From assembly GCA_015063545.1 (NCBI GenBank), contig SVTX01000004.1, positions 4,691-68,690 of the forward strand: a stretch of DNA of 64,000 nucleotides, in the 5' to 3' direction. Positions 37,578 to 47,098 of this stretch are shown here, one piece after another. Numbering within the stretch: position 1 is the stretch's first letter; every line of letters begins with the position of its first letter. The position numbers and the translations under genes were made by a program. This DNA comes from Oscillospiraceae bacterium (lineage in GTDB: Bacteria; Bacillota; Clostridia; Oscillospirales; CAG-272). The notes under the pieces are model-generated. The model saw only the letters and a list, made by a program, of their open reading frames with translations. It was not told where the DNA came from and did no database searches.

Positions 37578-37820
37578 ATGTCTAATAACGAAGTTGTAGT
37601 AGTTGAAAAGAAGAAAAGCGGTATAGTTAAGGTTATAATTATTGTCGCTGCTGTTCTTTGTGCAGTTGCAGCTGCATTGGTAATTGTTAAGATCATCAAA
37701 AAGCGTAAGGCAGCTAAGGTGCTTGTCGATATCGACGGAGACGGCGAGGCAGACGCGACGATGCTTGATACAGACGGAGACGGCGAGGTAGATACCATCG
37801 TTTTCCATGAAGGCGAATAA
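37578..37820 (+). CDS. 80-aa single-pass membrane protein with two DxDGDGExD repeats
   Basis: TAGGAGG lies 9 nt before the ATG. TM helix VKVIIIVAAVLCAVAAALVIV, then KKRKAAK, then DIDGDGEADATMLDTDGDGEVDT. An extended -10 TGTTATAAT sits upstream and a strong hairpin downstream. Confidence 0.7.
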   Translation: MSNNEVVVVEKKKSGIVKVIIIVAAVLCAVAAALVIVKIIKKRKAAKVLVDIDGDGEADATMLDTDGDGEVDTIVFHEGE

Positions 37821-37830
37821 TTAATTGCAT

Positions 37831-37866
37831 AAAAAAAGTTGCAACCGATGGGTTGCAACTTTTTTA
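37831..37866. terminator. Bidirectional hairpin terminator
   Basis: AAAAAAAGTTGCAACC-GATG-GGTTGCAACTTTTTT. Confidence 0.85.
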
Positions 37867-38448
37867 TTTGTATATTGCCCTTTCGCCGCCGATAAGTTTT
37901 GGTCTGGTGCGAGCGCATACAATGTTTGCTTCTCCTATTTTGGATATTGAAACCCGAACAGGCACTGCAACGTCTTTAAGGTGCATGCCGATAAGGGTTC
38001 CGCCGATATCAATTCCCGCGTGAGCTTTTATTTGTTCGACCACAACAGGACAGTCAAGGTTTTCATGTGCGACCGTTGCGAACGAGCCGCCTGCCTTCGG
38101 TTTGGGAATTACACACACGGGTTCGTAGCCGTATTTCTCTGCCGCCTCGCGCTCAATTACTATCGCGCGGTTGAGGTGCTCACAGCACTGTGCTGCAATA
38201 TAAATTCCTTTTTGACTGAGTATGGGATATATTGCTTCAAATACCGCCTTGGCTGCATTGTAGCTTGATCCCTTGCCTATTTTTGAACCAAGGATTTCGC
38301 TTGACGAGCAACCGATGACGAATATGTTACCCGTCTTGAGATCAGCTTCGTAAAGTAATTCTGTAATCGCTTTTGCAGCGCTTTCGGTGATTTGTTTGTA
38401 CAGCTGTTCACTGACAGCGGCATCTGCATTTAAATAAATATTGCTCAT
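37864..38448 (-). CDS. TIGR01440 (UPF0340/YwlG-like) family protein
   Basis: IFVIGCSSSEILG, AAQCCEHLNRA and IDIGGTLIGMHL. Confidence 0.8.
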   Translation of the reverse strand: MSNIYLNADAAVSEQLYKQITESAAKAITELLYEADLKTGNIFVIGCSSSEILGSKIGKGSSYNAAKAVFEAIYPILSQKGIYIAAQCCEHLNRAIVIEREAAEKYGYEPVCVIPKPKAGGSFATVAHENLDCPVVVEQIKAHAGIDIGGTLIGMHLKDVAVPVRVSISKIGEANIVCARTRPKLIGGERAIYK

Positions 38449-38453
38449 GCTTC

Positions 38454-39638
38454 TCACCAATTATCGTCATTTTCGTTTTCGGGAATTACTTCCTTCATAG
38501 CCGCGATAGCGCACTCTATCATGTCATCGGTAGGCTCATATACAGTTATGTGCTGGAGCCAAACACCGGGCGCGGAGATTACTCTGGTTACGATATTATT
38601 GTGTCTGCCGGCAATCTTGAGGAGCTCATAACCTATACCAACGATAAGCGGGATCAAAAGAAGTTTGAATATTACACGCATAAGTGTGGGCATTTCGGGA
38701 GAGCCCGTTATAAGCGAATATACGGGATCGATAAAGAAGGATACGAAAATACTTACAAGCACCATAAGAATAAGAAAGCTTGTTCCGCATCTGGGATGAT
38801 ATTTCTTTTGCTTTCTTACATTTTCAACCGTAAGCTCAAGACCTGCTTCGTAGCAGAAAATAGTCTTGTGCTCTGCTCCATGGTACATAAACGTGCGTCG
38901 AATGTCCTTCATGAGAGCAATAGCCGCCATATATCCAACCAAAAGAACTATTCTGATAATGCCCTCGAAAAGTGATTTGTACAGAGAACGCAGAGCCACG
39001 TTGTCTTCCTGTCCGATAGCAGGAATAAGCTTTATGAGATTATATATATATGAAGGAAGAACGACAAAAAGTCCAACCGCAAGCACGATTCCCAACACAA
39101 CACCTATAACCATTACGAGTGTGGTTATAACCGAGCCGTTCTTTTTCTCATCCTTATCAGTCTTTCCGTTTGTTTCGGCAGGCTGTTGAAGAGAACCTTC
39201 TACAGAAATATCTTCTGCAACGGTGTTTTCAACAACTGTATTCTCTTCAGCGGTCTTTTCAGCGACAGCTTCAGTGGATGGCGCAATTCCCTTTTTGGCG
39301 AGTTTTTCAGCCTTCTTTGCCGCTTTTTTTGCTTCCTTTTCTTTTTGCATCTCTTCTTCCAACTCTTCAAGTCCGGAAAGCTCTGCTGAACGCATGAGGT
39401 ACTTTGAACCCGTTTTCATGGAATAGATGTAATTATACAGTCCTCTGAAAATAGGAAGCTTGAATATTTTAGGCGCATTTGCGCTTTGTGTAGGTTCTTT
39501 TTCAAGAATAATTTCTCCCTTGGTGTTGCGCACTGCCATGGCAGTTACCTTGGGACCTCGCATCATAATGCCCTCCATCAGCGCCTGACCGCCGATGGAA
39601 GTTTTTTTTGCGGCACAAATTTTTTCTTTATTGCTCAT
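38454..39638 (-). CDS. DUF1385-domain membrane protein (YqhQ-like) with a charged insert
   Basis: IGGQALMEGIMMRGP, YHGAEHKTI and HPRCGTSFL. About 80 extra K/E/A-rich residues follow residue ~88. Confidence 0.85.
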   Translation of the reverse strand: MSNKEKICAAKKTSIGGQALMEGIMMRGPKVTAMAVRNTKGEIILEKEPTQSANAPKIFKLPIFRGLYNYIYSMKTGSKYLMRSAELSGLEELEEEMQKEKEAKKAAKKAEKLAKKGIAPSTEAVAEKTAEENTVVENTVAEDISVEGSLQQPAETNGKTDKDEKKNGSVITTLVMVIGVVLGIVLAVGLFVVLPSYIYNLIKLIPAIGQEDNVALRSLYKSLFEGIIRIVLLVGYMAAIALMKDIRRTFMYHGAEHKTIFCYEAGLELTVENVRKQKKYHPRCGTSFLILMVLVSIFVSFFIDPVYSLITGSPEMPTLMRVIFKLLLIPLIVGIGYELLKIAGRHNNIVTRVISAPGVWLQHITVYEPTDDMIECAIAAMKEVIPENENDDNW

Positions 39639-39721
39639 TATTTTATATTCCTCTTTATTGGACTTCAGTTATATTTTAACACTTTATAATATCACATATT
39701 TATTAACTGCATATGAATGAT

Positions 39722-39757
39722 AAAAAAATAGGACGTTGCATAAAGCAACATCCTATT
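39722..39757 (-). terminator. Intrinsic terminator after prs (minus strand)
   Basis: ATAGGACGTTGC-ATAAA-GCAACATCCTAT (one mismatch or wobble position), followed on the minus strand by TTTTTTT. Confidence 0.75.
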
Positions 39758-39764
39758 GCATGAT

Positions 39765-40898
39765 TTACTGTTTTTCTGCTCTTTCCATATCGCGCTTGTG
39801 CTTAGCTACTATTGTAGTGAGTTTCTTCGCGGGATCAAGAAGTCCGCTGATCGTCGCATCGTGGTTGAGCGTGTCGATAATATACGAGACGTACTTGCAC
39901 ATATTTACGTCAACGTGCCAAGGTCTTCCGAGAAGACCGGGACGGCGATAGATGAGGTTTGTGGTAAATACCTTGGAGATAAGTCCTTCTTCATATGCTT
40001 TATCAAACTTATCAAAGCCATCTGTGAAAAGGCCGAAGGTCGCAAATGCGAATATTCTTTTTGCTCCTCTTGATTTGAGCTGTGAGCAAACATCAAGTAA
40101 AGATTCTCCGGAGGATATCATATCGTCAACGATAATAACATCCTTGTCGGTGAGGTCCTGTCCCAAATATTCATGGGCTTCAATGGGGTTTTTGCCATTT
40201 ACGATTACCGAATAATTACGTCTCTTGTAGAACATACCGATGTTAAGTCCAAGCACGGATGAATAGTACATGCATCTGGACATTGCTCCCTCATCGGGAG
40301 ATATCATAATAAGATGTTCTTTATCAATAATAATGTCCGGTACTGCGCGTATAAGCGCCTTTACCATCTGATATGAAGGTCTTACATTATCAAATCCCGA
40401 AAGCGGAATAGCATTGGAAATTCTTGCGTCATGCGCGTCAAAGGTAATTATGTTTGATACACCCATTGCGACAAGCTCCTGAAGCATAATAGCACAGTCA
40501 AGAGATTCTCTTGTGCTTCTCTTGTGCTGTCTTCCTTCGTAAAGCATAGGCATTATTACGGTTATTCTTCTTGCCTTGCCCGCAATTGCGGCGATTATTC
40601 TTTTAAGATCAGCGTAGTGATCGTCGGGACTCATGGGCACTTCCATGCCATGCATGCGATATTTTACGCCAAAGTTAAACGTATCACAAAGGATATATAC
40701 GTCCTGGCCTCTCATGGATTGGTGAATTACCGCTTTACCTTCACCTGTTCCAAATCTGGGACATACCGCTTCAACAAGGTATGTGTCCTCGCTGTTGTGT
40801 CTGCGCCAATCTTTAAGATAGTTGTCCACCTGCTCAGCGAATGCCTCGCACCCCTTCATACCTATGACACTCAATTCGGCAATTTGTGCTTCCTTCAT
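39765..40898 (-). CDS. prs: Ribose-phosphate pyrophosphokinase family protein (long, 377 aa variant)
   Basis: ITVIMPMLYEGRQHKR, TFDAHD and the PRPP loop VIIVDDMISSGES. Confidence 0.75.
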   Translation of the reverse strand: MKEAQIAELSVIGMKGCEAFAEQVDNYLKDWRRHNSEDTYLVEAVCPRFGTGEGKAVIHQSMRGQDVYILCDTFNFGVKYRMHGMEVPMSPDDHYADLKRIIAAIAGKARRITVIMPMLYEGRQHKRSTRESLDCAIMLQELVAMGVSNIITFDAHDARISNAIPLSGFDNVRPSYQMVKALIRAVPDIIIDKEHLIMISPDEGAMSRCMYYSSVLGLNIGMFYKRRNYSVIVNGKNPIEAHEYLGQDLTDKDVIIVDDMISSGESLLDVCSQLKSRGAKRIFAFATFGLFTDGFDKFDKAYEEGLISKVFTTNLIYRRPGLLGRPWHVDVNMCKYVSYIIDTLNHDATISGLLDPAKKLTTIVAKHKRDMERAEKQ

Positions 40899-40946
40899 TT
40901 TGACCTCCCAAATGCTATGTAAAAATCTTCTGTTGCTAAAGTTTAG

Positions 40947-42419
40947 TTACTGAAGTGTGCAGAACTTCTCGTAAGCTGCATCCCATGCGCCACGTGCGCT
41001 TGTGGGCTCGTAGTGCTTCATCTCGAAGGAGTTTCTTACTACCTCACGAGCCTGAGCAAGGTCTGCAACCTCGCCGGCAGCTATTGCCTGCATCATGAGG
41101 TTACCGATAGAAGTTGCCTCTTCGGGACCTGCGCATACGGGAATACCGCAAGCGTCCGCGGTCATCTGAGAGAGGAACTTATCCTTTGTTCCGCCGCCTA
41201 CGACGTTTATCATCTTTGTCTTTTTGCCGTTGAGCTTTTCAATTGTTTCAACTGTATATCTGTACTTGAGCGCGAGGGATTCGTAAATGCAACGAACTAC
41301 CTCGCCAACAGATTCGGGAACGTGCTGACCTGTCATACGGCAGTAGTCGCGAATCTTTTCTGGCATGTTACCGGGAGTACCGAATGTGTAATAGTCGGGA
41401 TTGATAAGAGACTGGAAGGGTGTTGCCTCTTTAGCCCATGCTTCCATCTGTGCAAAGCTGTAGTCCTTACCCTCACGCTTCCACTGACGTCTGGATTCCT
41501 GAATGATCCAAAGTCCCATGATGTTCTTGAGGAAACGGATAGTACCCATAGCGCCGCCCTCGTTTGTGTAGTTCGCAAGGCGAGTTGCGTCATTGATAAG
41601 GGGTTGCTTGAGCTCAGCACCCATGAGAGACCATGTTCCGCTGGATATGTAGATAAAGTCATCATTAGTTGCGGGAACGGAAATAACTGCGCTTGCCGTA
41701 TCGTGGGAAGCGACGGTTACTACTTTGATATCATTCTTACCAACCTCTTCGTTGATCTGAGGGAGGAGTGATCCGAGGTTATGGCAAGGCTGAACCATGG
41801 GAGCGAAGATGGAACGCTTGATTCCGAGCTTGTCTGTAAGATCGTATGCGATATCTCTCTTTGCGGCATCGAGGATCATACCTGTGGACGCTACCGTGTA
41901 TTCCATAGCCATTTTGCCGGTAAGGAAATAGTTAAGAAGGTCGGGAATAAAGAGCATCTTGTCTGCTCTGTCCAAAAGTTCGGGATCATCACGTCTGTCA
42001 GCCGCAAGCTGATTGAGAGTGTTGAAATCGATAGCCTGAATACCTGTTACGTTGTAGATCTCTTCGGGAGATACAAAGTTCTTCACATAATCGGTAATGT
42101 TAGCTGTTCTTGTGTCTCTGTAGTGTGTGGGATTGGCCATCATGTTCCCGTTCTTGTCGATGAAGCCGTAGTCAACGCCCCATGTGTCGATACCCATGGA
42201 TGTAACGTTGTCGCCTTCAATAACGGTTTTCGTGATGGAGTTTTTGATCTCAAAGAAAATTCTGAGGATATCCCATGTGAATCTGCCGTTTACAAAAACG
42301 GGATCGTTTGAAAAACGGTGATTTTCTCTAAGGGTTAACTTTTCTCCGTCAAAAGTTCCGACGATGCCTCTACCGCTGGACGCGCCAAGGTCGATGGCGA
42401 GCATTTTTAATTCTGCCAT
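40947..42419 (-). CDS. rhaB: Rhamnulokinase-like FGGY carbohydrate kinase
   Basis: LAIDLGASSGRGIVGTF...LRENHRFSN...GRFTWDI closely mirrors the RhaB N-terminus. It also has the FGGY C-terminal domain (VVGGGTKDKFL). Confidence 0.75.
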   Translation of the reverse strand: MAELKMLAIDLGASSGRGIVGTFDGEKLTLRENHRFSNDPVFVNGRFTWDILRIFFEIKNSITKTVIEGDNVTSMGIDTWGVDYGFIDKNGNMMANPTHYRDTRTANITDYVKNFVSPEEIYNVTGIQAIDFNTLNQLAADRRDDPELLDRADKMLFIPDLLNYFLTGKMAMEYTVASTGMILDAAKRDIAYDLTDKLGIKRSIFAPMVQPCHNLGSLLPQINEEVGKNDIKVVTVASHDTASAVISVPATNDDFIYISSGTWSLMGAELKQPLINDATRLANYTNEGGAMGTIRFLKNIMGLWIIQESRRQWKREGKDYSFAQMEAWAKEATPFQSLINPDYYTFGTPGNMPEKIRDYCRMTGQHVPESVGEVVRCIYESLALKYRYTVETIEKLNGKKTKMINVVGGGTKDKFLSQMTADACGIPVCAGPEEATSIGNLMMQAIAAGEVADLAQAREVVRNSFEMKHYEPTSARGAWDAAYEKFCTLQ

Positions 42420-42549
42420 AATTGCCTCCGTAAAAACAAAAATTTTGCATTTTATTCAATTATTTTTATTATAACATAAAGGGTTTGTTTTTGTATGAAT
42501 TTTCTGTTAATAAGTTTCCTTTTTTGAAATATTTTATTTCTCCGTAAAT

Positions 42550-42577
42550 GTCATAATCGCGGATATCGGCATAAAAT
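42550..42577 (+). promoter_or_regulatory. Possible mother-cell sigma (SigE/SigK-type) promoter for dpaAB
   Basis: GTCATA, 14 nt, CATAAAAT resembles the ATA / CATA---T(A) pattern. Expected because spoVF (dpaAB) is SigK-dependent in Bacillus. The match is imperfect. Confidence 0.25.
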
Positions 42578-42633
42578 GACAATGAACCCATTTTCATTTA
42601 GTGGATTATATTACAGAAAGGCATGAAGAATAT

Positions 42634-43536
42634 ATGAAATACGGCAATAAATATAAATTTACCCTTTTGGGCGGCGATAGAAGGCTCGCCTCTCTGGCGC
42701 AAATGCTTGCCGCGAGAGGCCACACGGTCAATACAGCGCTGTCCGTTGAAGATGCATTTTTCGTTGGTGTAACGGTTTACAGTGATTATCGCGCCGCTAT
42801 TGAGGCAGGTGATATTCTCGTGCTTCCCATGCCAATATCAAAAGACGGGTTGCACATAAGCTGCTCATCGGCGCAAAATGATAAAGTTCTGCTGAGTGAT
42901 GTGTTTGATCTGGCGCGAAAAAACAACATAAAGCACATACTTGGCGGACATATAAGTCCTCAAATATGTGATTTGGCAAAGCAATACGGCATTACGCTTG
43001 AGGATTATTCTCTTTCCGAGGTTTTTTTGCAGAAAAATGCGCTCGCTACTGCCGAGGGCGGAATCATGATAGCCATGGAGAATACCGATGTTACCCTTAA
43101 GGACAGCAATGTTCTTGTAGGCGGATACGGAAGAATAGCAAAATATATCTGCGAGCTTTTGCGTGCATTTGGTGCGCATATCACAGTAGTTGCCCGCCGT
43201 GACGAGGTTATATCTGAAATAAAAGATCGTGGATACAGTGCCGTAAGAGTTGATGAATACGGCAAACTGAGAGAATTTATGCGGGATAGTGATGTGATTT
43301 TTAATACTGTCCCCGCATTAATTTTTGGAGAGCGTGTTCTTGAAGGAAAAAGCCGCGCTGTTTATATTGAGCTTGCGTCCTGTCCCGGGGGAATAGACCT
43401 TAAGGAGGCAAGGCAAACGGGAATGAAAATAGTTTTTGCGCCCTCCCTGCCCGGCAGATATTCCTCAAAGAGTGCGGGAGGGTATATATTTGATGCAATA
43501 AATGAGCTTTTGTCGGAAAGGTGGATATATATATGA
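42634..43536 (+). CDS. dpaA: Dipicolinate synthase subunit A
   Basis: KFTLLGGDRRLASLAQMLAARGH and the NAD fold VLVGGYGRIAKY. The stop overlaps the dpaB start (ATGA). Confidence 0.85.
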   Translation: MKYGNKYKFTLLGGDRRLASLAQMLAARGHTVNTALSVEDAFFVGVTVYSDYRAAIEAGDILVLPMPISKDGLHISCSSAQNDKVLLSDVFDLARKNNIKHILGGHISPQICDLAKQYGITLEDYSLSEVFLQKNALATAEGGIMIAMENTDVTLKDSNVLVGGYGRIAKYICELLRAFGAHITVVARRDEVISEIKDRGYSAVRVDEYGKLREFMRDSDVIFNTVPALIFGERVLEGKSRAVYIELASCPGGIDLKEARQTGMKIVFAPSLPGRYSSKSAGGYIFDAINELLSERWIYI

Positions 43537-44090
43537 TAGGCTTTGCTATGTGCGGCTCGTTTTGCAGTTTCGACAAGTCATACAGGGCACTTGAGAAGCT
43601 CAAAGATAGATATGACGTCGTTCCGATAATGAGTAATAACGCATATTACACAAATACAAGATTCGGAAAGGCTTCCGAATGGAATCAAAAGGTAGCAACT
43701 CTGTGCGACAGACCGATAATTCACTCCATAGGTGAGGCAGAGCCGCTGGGGCCCAAGGCGGCGCTCGAAGCTTTGGTCATCTGTCCTTGTACGGGTAATA
43801 CTCTTGCAAAAATTGCAAACGGAATCACAGACACTCCCGTTTGTATGGCGGCGAAGGCTCATTTGCGGTGTGACCGTCCTCTGCTTATCGCCCTTGCATC
43901 AAATGATGCGATGTCTGCAAATCTTGCAAACATTTCAAAGCTGCTGGTACGAAAAAACGTTTATTTCGTGCCAATGGAGCAAGATGATCCCGACAAGAAG
44001 CCGCACTCGCTTGTTGCGGACTTTGAGCAAGTATCCGACGCGCTCAGTGCGGCGCTTGAAGGTAGGCAGATGAGAAAGCTATTTTTATAA
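43533..44090 (+). CDS. dpaB: Dipicolinate synthase subunit B
   Basis: MIGFAMCGSFCSF...VVPIMS...ICPCTGNTLAKIANGITDT is flavoprotein-like and typical of SpoVFB. Confidence 0.9.
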   Translation: MIGFAMCGSFCSFDKSYRALEKLKDRYDVVPIMSNNAYYTNTRFGKASEWNQKVATLCDRPIIHSIGEAEPLGPKAALEALVICPCTGNTLAKIANGITDTPVCMAAKAHLRCDRPLLIALASNDAMSANLANISKLLVRKNVYFVPMEQDDPDKKPHSLVADFEQVSDALSAALEGRQMRKLFL

Positions 44091-44112
44091 TAACATAAAC
44101 GGAAGAATGACA

Positions 44113-44158
44113 AGTACGGCGCGTATTGCTATGATCAACACGCGCCGTACTATTTTTA
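44113..44158. terminator. Hairpin terminator between convergent dpaB and the GH36-like gene
   Basis: AGTACGGCGCGT, 15 nt, ACGCGCCGTACT, followed by ATTTTTATT. Confidence 0.7.
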
Positions 44159-46153
44159 TTTCGCGGGTTTTACCCATAAAAGTCTCGCTTGTCTCGGACA
44201 GTCAAATGTTAGCGTCACGCGTCCGTCTTTGGTAGACAGAACGCATCCGGTATCCTCGTCAGTAAGACTTGCCTCCAAAGGAAGGCTCAATTCAATATTA
44301 TCTTCCTTGCATTCTTCTCTGCGGAAGGCAAGTACTATGCCCTCCTCGGTTTTCGGATCAAGATATAAGAACGCGGTAAAACCGCTTTTGTCGTATTCGT
44401 TGTGCCACGGAGTCAGCGGATAAAACTCACAGAGCAGAAATCTATTCAGCTTGCTCCACTCGTTCAGTCCTCTCCTGAGCATATCGAAAACACTGCCGTC
44501 GGTCTCAAGCGCATATTTGCTTGACACATTCAAGCACGGCAGATATGAGGCTCTCCACGTATATATATCGCTCACTCCCGTATTGGAGAGCATCTCCTCA
44601 CGCTCGTTGGTGGTCGCACCGCAGAAAGGTATCCATCTGTTGAACGATGACGTCATGGAAAGACGAAGGGAGGTAGAGGTTCTGTCCTTGTCTGAGCGAA
44701 GCAACGGAATACCGCGGCGCAGAGATTCAAGATCGTTTCTGCCGCCCCCGCTTGCACAGCTGTCAACAAACCCACAGCCGCCGTAAGAAAGCGTGCAAGC
44801 TATGATGCTGTCCCACATTTTATAGTGAGCCTCAACTATCTTGCACTCGGTAATCCCACGTCTTCCCTCTCCCTCAAGGGTGTCCATATATCTCCACAGT
44901 TCACCGGGATCACAGTTGTTATCCTCGCGGTACATTTCGACCTTATTGTCGCGCAGAGTCTGACATATTCTATCGGTAGTCCACTTGAGACATTCGGGAT
45001 CTCCGATATTGTTAGATATTGCCTCGACGCCCTCACGCTGTATTGCCCAATTAACATTATATCCAAAGTTTTTTGCCAAAGATTCGGGATCGGTTACTCT
45101 TTCGGGTTCAAACCACATAAGCGTCCTCATTCCGTGTGCGCGCGCAAATTCCGTAGATTCGAGAAAGCTTCCGTCGGGCCACTTAACTGGATCAAGCTCC
45201 CACGTGCCCACTTTACTCCACCATTCCGTATCAGATGAGGTCATATCCGGCGCGATATACCAGCCCGCGTCAAACCAACGGAAATCAATGGCTAGCTTCT
45301 CGTCAACTATTTTTTGCAGACTTGGTCTCCACGTATAATATCTTTCCGATATACTGCCGTCCACGTTTGGCAATCCCGTATCCCCCGCAAGACACGTGCA
45401 TGAAAACGGTGCTATATCTGCACCTGTTGCATCCTGCTTTGGCTGGTTGTATTTGATAAACCAGTCACGCCAGCAATTAGTTGCGTAGGATTCGTCTCTT
45501 ACCGAATACATAATGCAGGTGAAAAGTCCACTTCGTATATGCTCACCGGGGGCAAGCTTTGTGCAGATACCGTTGGTCGTTTTTGCGGTATATCGTGTTA
45601 CTCCGTTCGAGTATTCAAAGCCCGCGCTCCAAGTGCCTGCCCATCCTATGGCAAGCATTATACCACCGTCGCCGTATTCAAGATTGAAATATGGGAATTG
45701 AACATGCGTAGGCCGTCCCGTGTTGGATTCAAAGAAAACGGGCGCTACAGTCAAGTCCTTCTCGTATGGGGAATACTGATTTACCCAGTCCCCAAGTATT
45801 CCGCGAAGCATCGGGTTTTTACCGCGAAGCTCCATAAAAAATTCTATATTCTCTATAAGCTCGGAATCCCTGTCGGAATCATTTTCAAATACCGCCGTGA
45901 ATTCAAAGCCTCCGTGCGTGGGATACGACGAGCATTTTATTTTCAGCAAAAGCGCAGTATCTATGCGGGTGGATATCTCGTATATCTCTCTGCCGCCCTC
46001 GGTGTAACTTTTCGTTTCTGCTCTGTGCGGCGTTGCAGGTATTCCGCAATATTTCACGCCGCCGTAGGAAAAGGCTATCGGTATGCTGCTTGGATCTTCA
46101 ATGAATCCTCTATATATCTCGTCTGCGCGGGCGCAACAATAATCTTTGATCAT
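44156..46153 (-). CDS. GH36-like glycoside hydrolase (alpha-galactosidase family)
   Basis: 665 aa with FRWFDAGWY, MWFEPERV, YREDNN and CASGGGRND, matching the GH36 catalytic-domain motifs KxDxN and CxSGGGR. Confidence 0.6.
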   Translation of the reverse strand: MIKDYCCARADEIYRGFIEDPSSIPIAFSYGGVKYCGIPATPHRAETKSYTEGGREIYEISTRIDTALLLKIKCSSYPTHGGFEFTAVFENDSDRDSELIENIEFFMELRGKNPMLRGILGDWVNQYSPYEKDLTVAPVFFESNTGRPTHVQFPYFNLEYGDGGIMLAIGWAGTWSAGFEYSNGVTRYTAKTTNGICTKLAPGEHIRSGLFTCIMYSVRDESYATNCWRDWFIKYNQPKQDATGADIAPFSCTCLAGDTGLPNVDGSISERYYTWRPSLQKIVDEKLAIDFRWFDAGWYIAPDMTSSDTEWWSKVGTWELDPVKWPDGSFLESTEFARAHGMRTLMWFEPERVTDPESLAKNFGYNVNWAIQREGVEAISNNIGDPECLKWTTDRICQTLRDNKVEMYREDNNCDPGELWRYMDTLEGEGRRGITECKIVEAHYKMWDSIIACTLSYGGCGFVDSCASGGGRNDLESLRRGIPLLRSDKDRTSTSLRLSMTSSFNRWIPFCGATTNEREEMLSNTGVSDIYTWRASYLPCLNVSSKYALETDGSVFDMLRRGLNEWSKLNRFLLCEFYPLTPWHNEYDKSGFTAFLYLDPKTEEGIVLAFRREECKEDNIELSLPLEASLTDEDTGCVLSTKDGRVTLTFDCPRQARLLWVKPAK

Positions 46154-46203
46154 CCAATTCTCCTTTAAAACAAAGGGAAAGCATCGCCTTCCCTTATTGT
46201 ATT

Positions 46204-47082
46204 CTATTTAAGCTGTTCAGGGGTAAAGATGTATTTTGAGTTGCAGAATCTGCAAACTATCTCAAGCTCCTCGGGCTTGCCTTCGGCTACCTGCTCGGCA
46301 AAGAGCTTTGCAAGGTCGGTCTTTCCTATGGAGATAAGTGCCTGCTTCATTCTCTCCTCAGAACAGGTGCAGAGGTAGTCTACGTCTATCTCGTCGAACA
46401 AGTCGTATTCTATTCCCTCCATAGCTATTTTGAGGATTTCCTGGTTGTCCATTCCCTCCTCAAAAAGTCGGGAGATGTTTGAAAGCTTGGGAATATTCTT
46501 TTCTATCTGCGACACAGTCTCCTCGTCCGCGAAAGGCAAGAGCTGAATGATAATTCCGCCCGCCGCCTTACACGACCAATCGGTATCTACAAGCACGCCG
46601 AGTGAGCAAACGGTAGGCACCTGCTCGCTCTCCGCGTAATAGGTCGCGATATCCTCGGCTATCTCGCCAGACACAAGCTCAACCGAGCCATTATATGGCT
46701 CACCCTCGCCGATGTCCTTTATCATATTGAGAAATCCGCGACCGACAGCTCCGCCGACGTCAAGTTTTCCATTGGATTTTAAAGGAAGGTCAACGTTTGG
46801 ATTCTGGATATATCCGCGCACGTTTCCTATATAATCGGAAGTGACTATCACGCGTCCCGCAGGACCGTCACCGTAAAGGGACACGGTCACGCTATCCTCT
46901 TTTTCTCCAAGCATGCAACCTATCATGGACGTAGCCGTGAGAAGTCTACCAAGCGTTGCGGTTGCTGTGGGTGTTGTGTTGTGATATTTAATTGCCTGAT
47001 TTACGATTTCGGTTGAATTGATTACGTGTATTCTCGCGCTACCGTCGCTTGTCATAGCACGCAAAATTGTTGATTGAGACAT
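46204..47082 (-). CDS. hslO: Redox-regulated chaperone Hsp33
   Basis: Family-typical N-terminus and the C-terminal zinc centre CTCSEERM...CRFCNSKY. Confidence 0.9.
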   Translation of the reverse strand: MSQSTILRAMTSDGSARIHVINSTEIVNQAIKYHNTTPTATATLGRLLTATSMIGCMLGEKEDSVTVSLYGDGPAGRVIVTSDYIGNVRGYIQNPNVDLPLKSNGKLDVGGAVGRGFLNMIKDIGEGEPYNGSVELVSGEIAEDIATYYAESEQVPTVCSLGVLVDTDWSCKAAGGIIIQLLPFADEETVSQIEKNIPKLSNISRLFEEGMDNQEILKIAMEGIEYDLFDEIDVDYLCTCSEERMKQALISIGKTDLAKLFAEQVAEGKPEELEIVCRFCNSKYIFTPEQLK

Positions 47083-47098
47083 TTTTGTTTTCCTCTTG

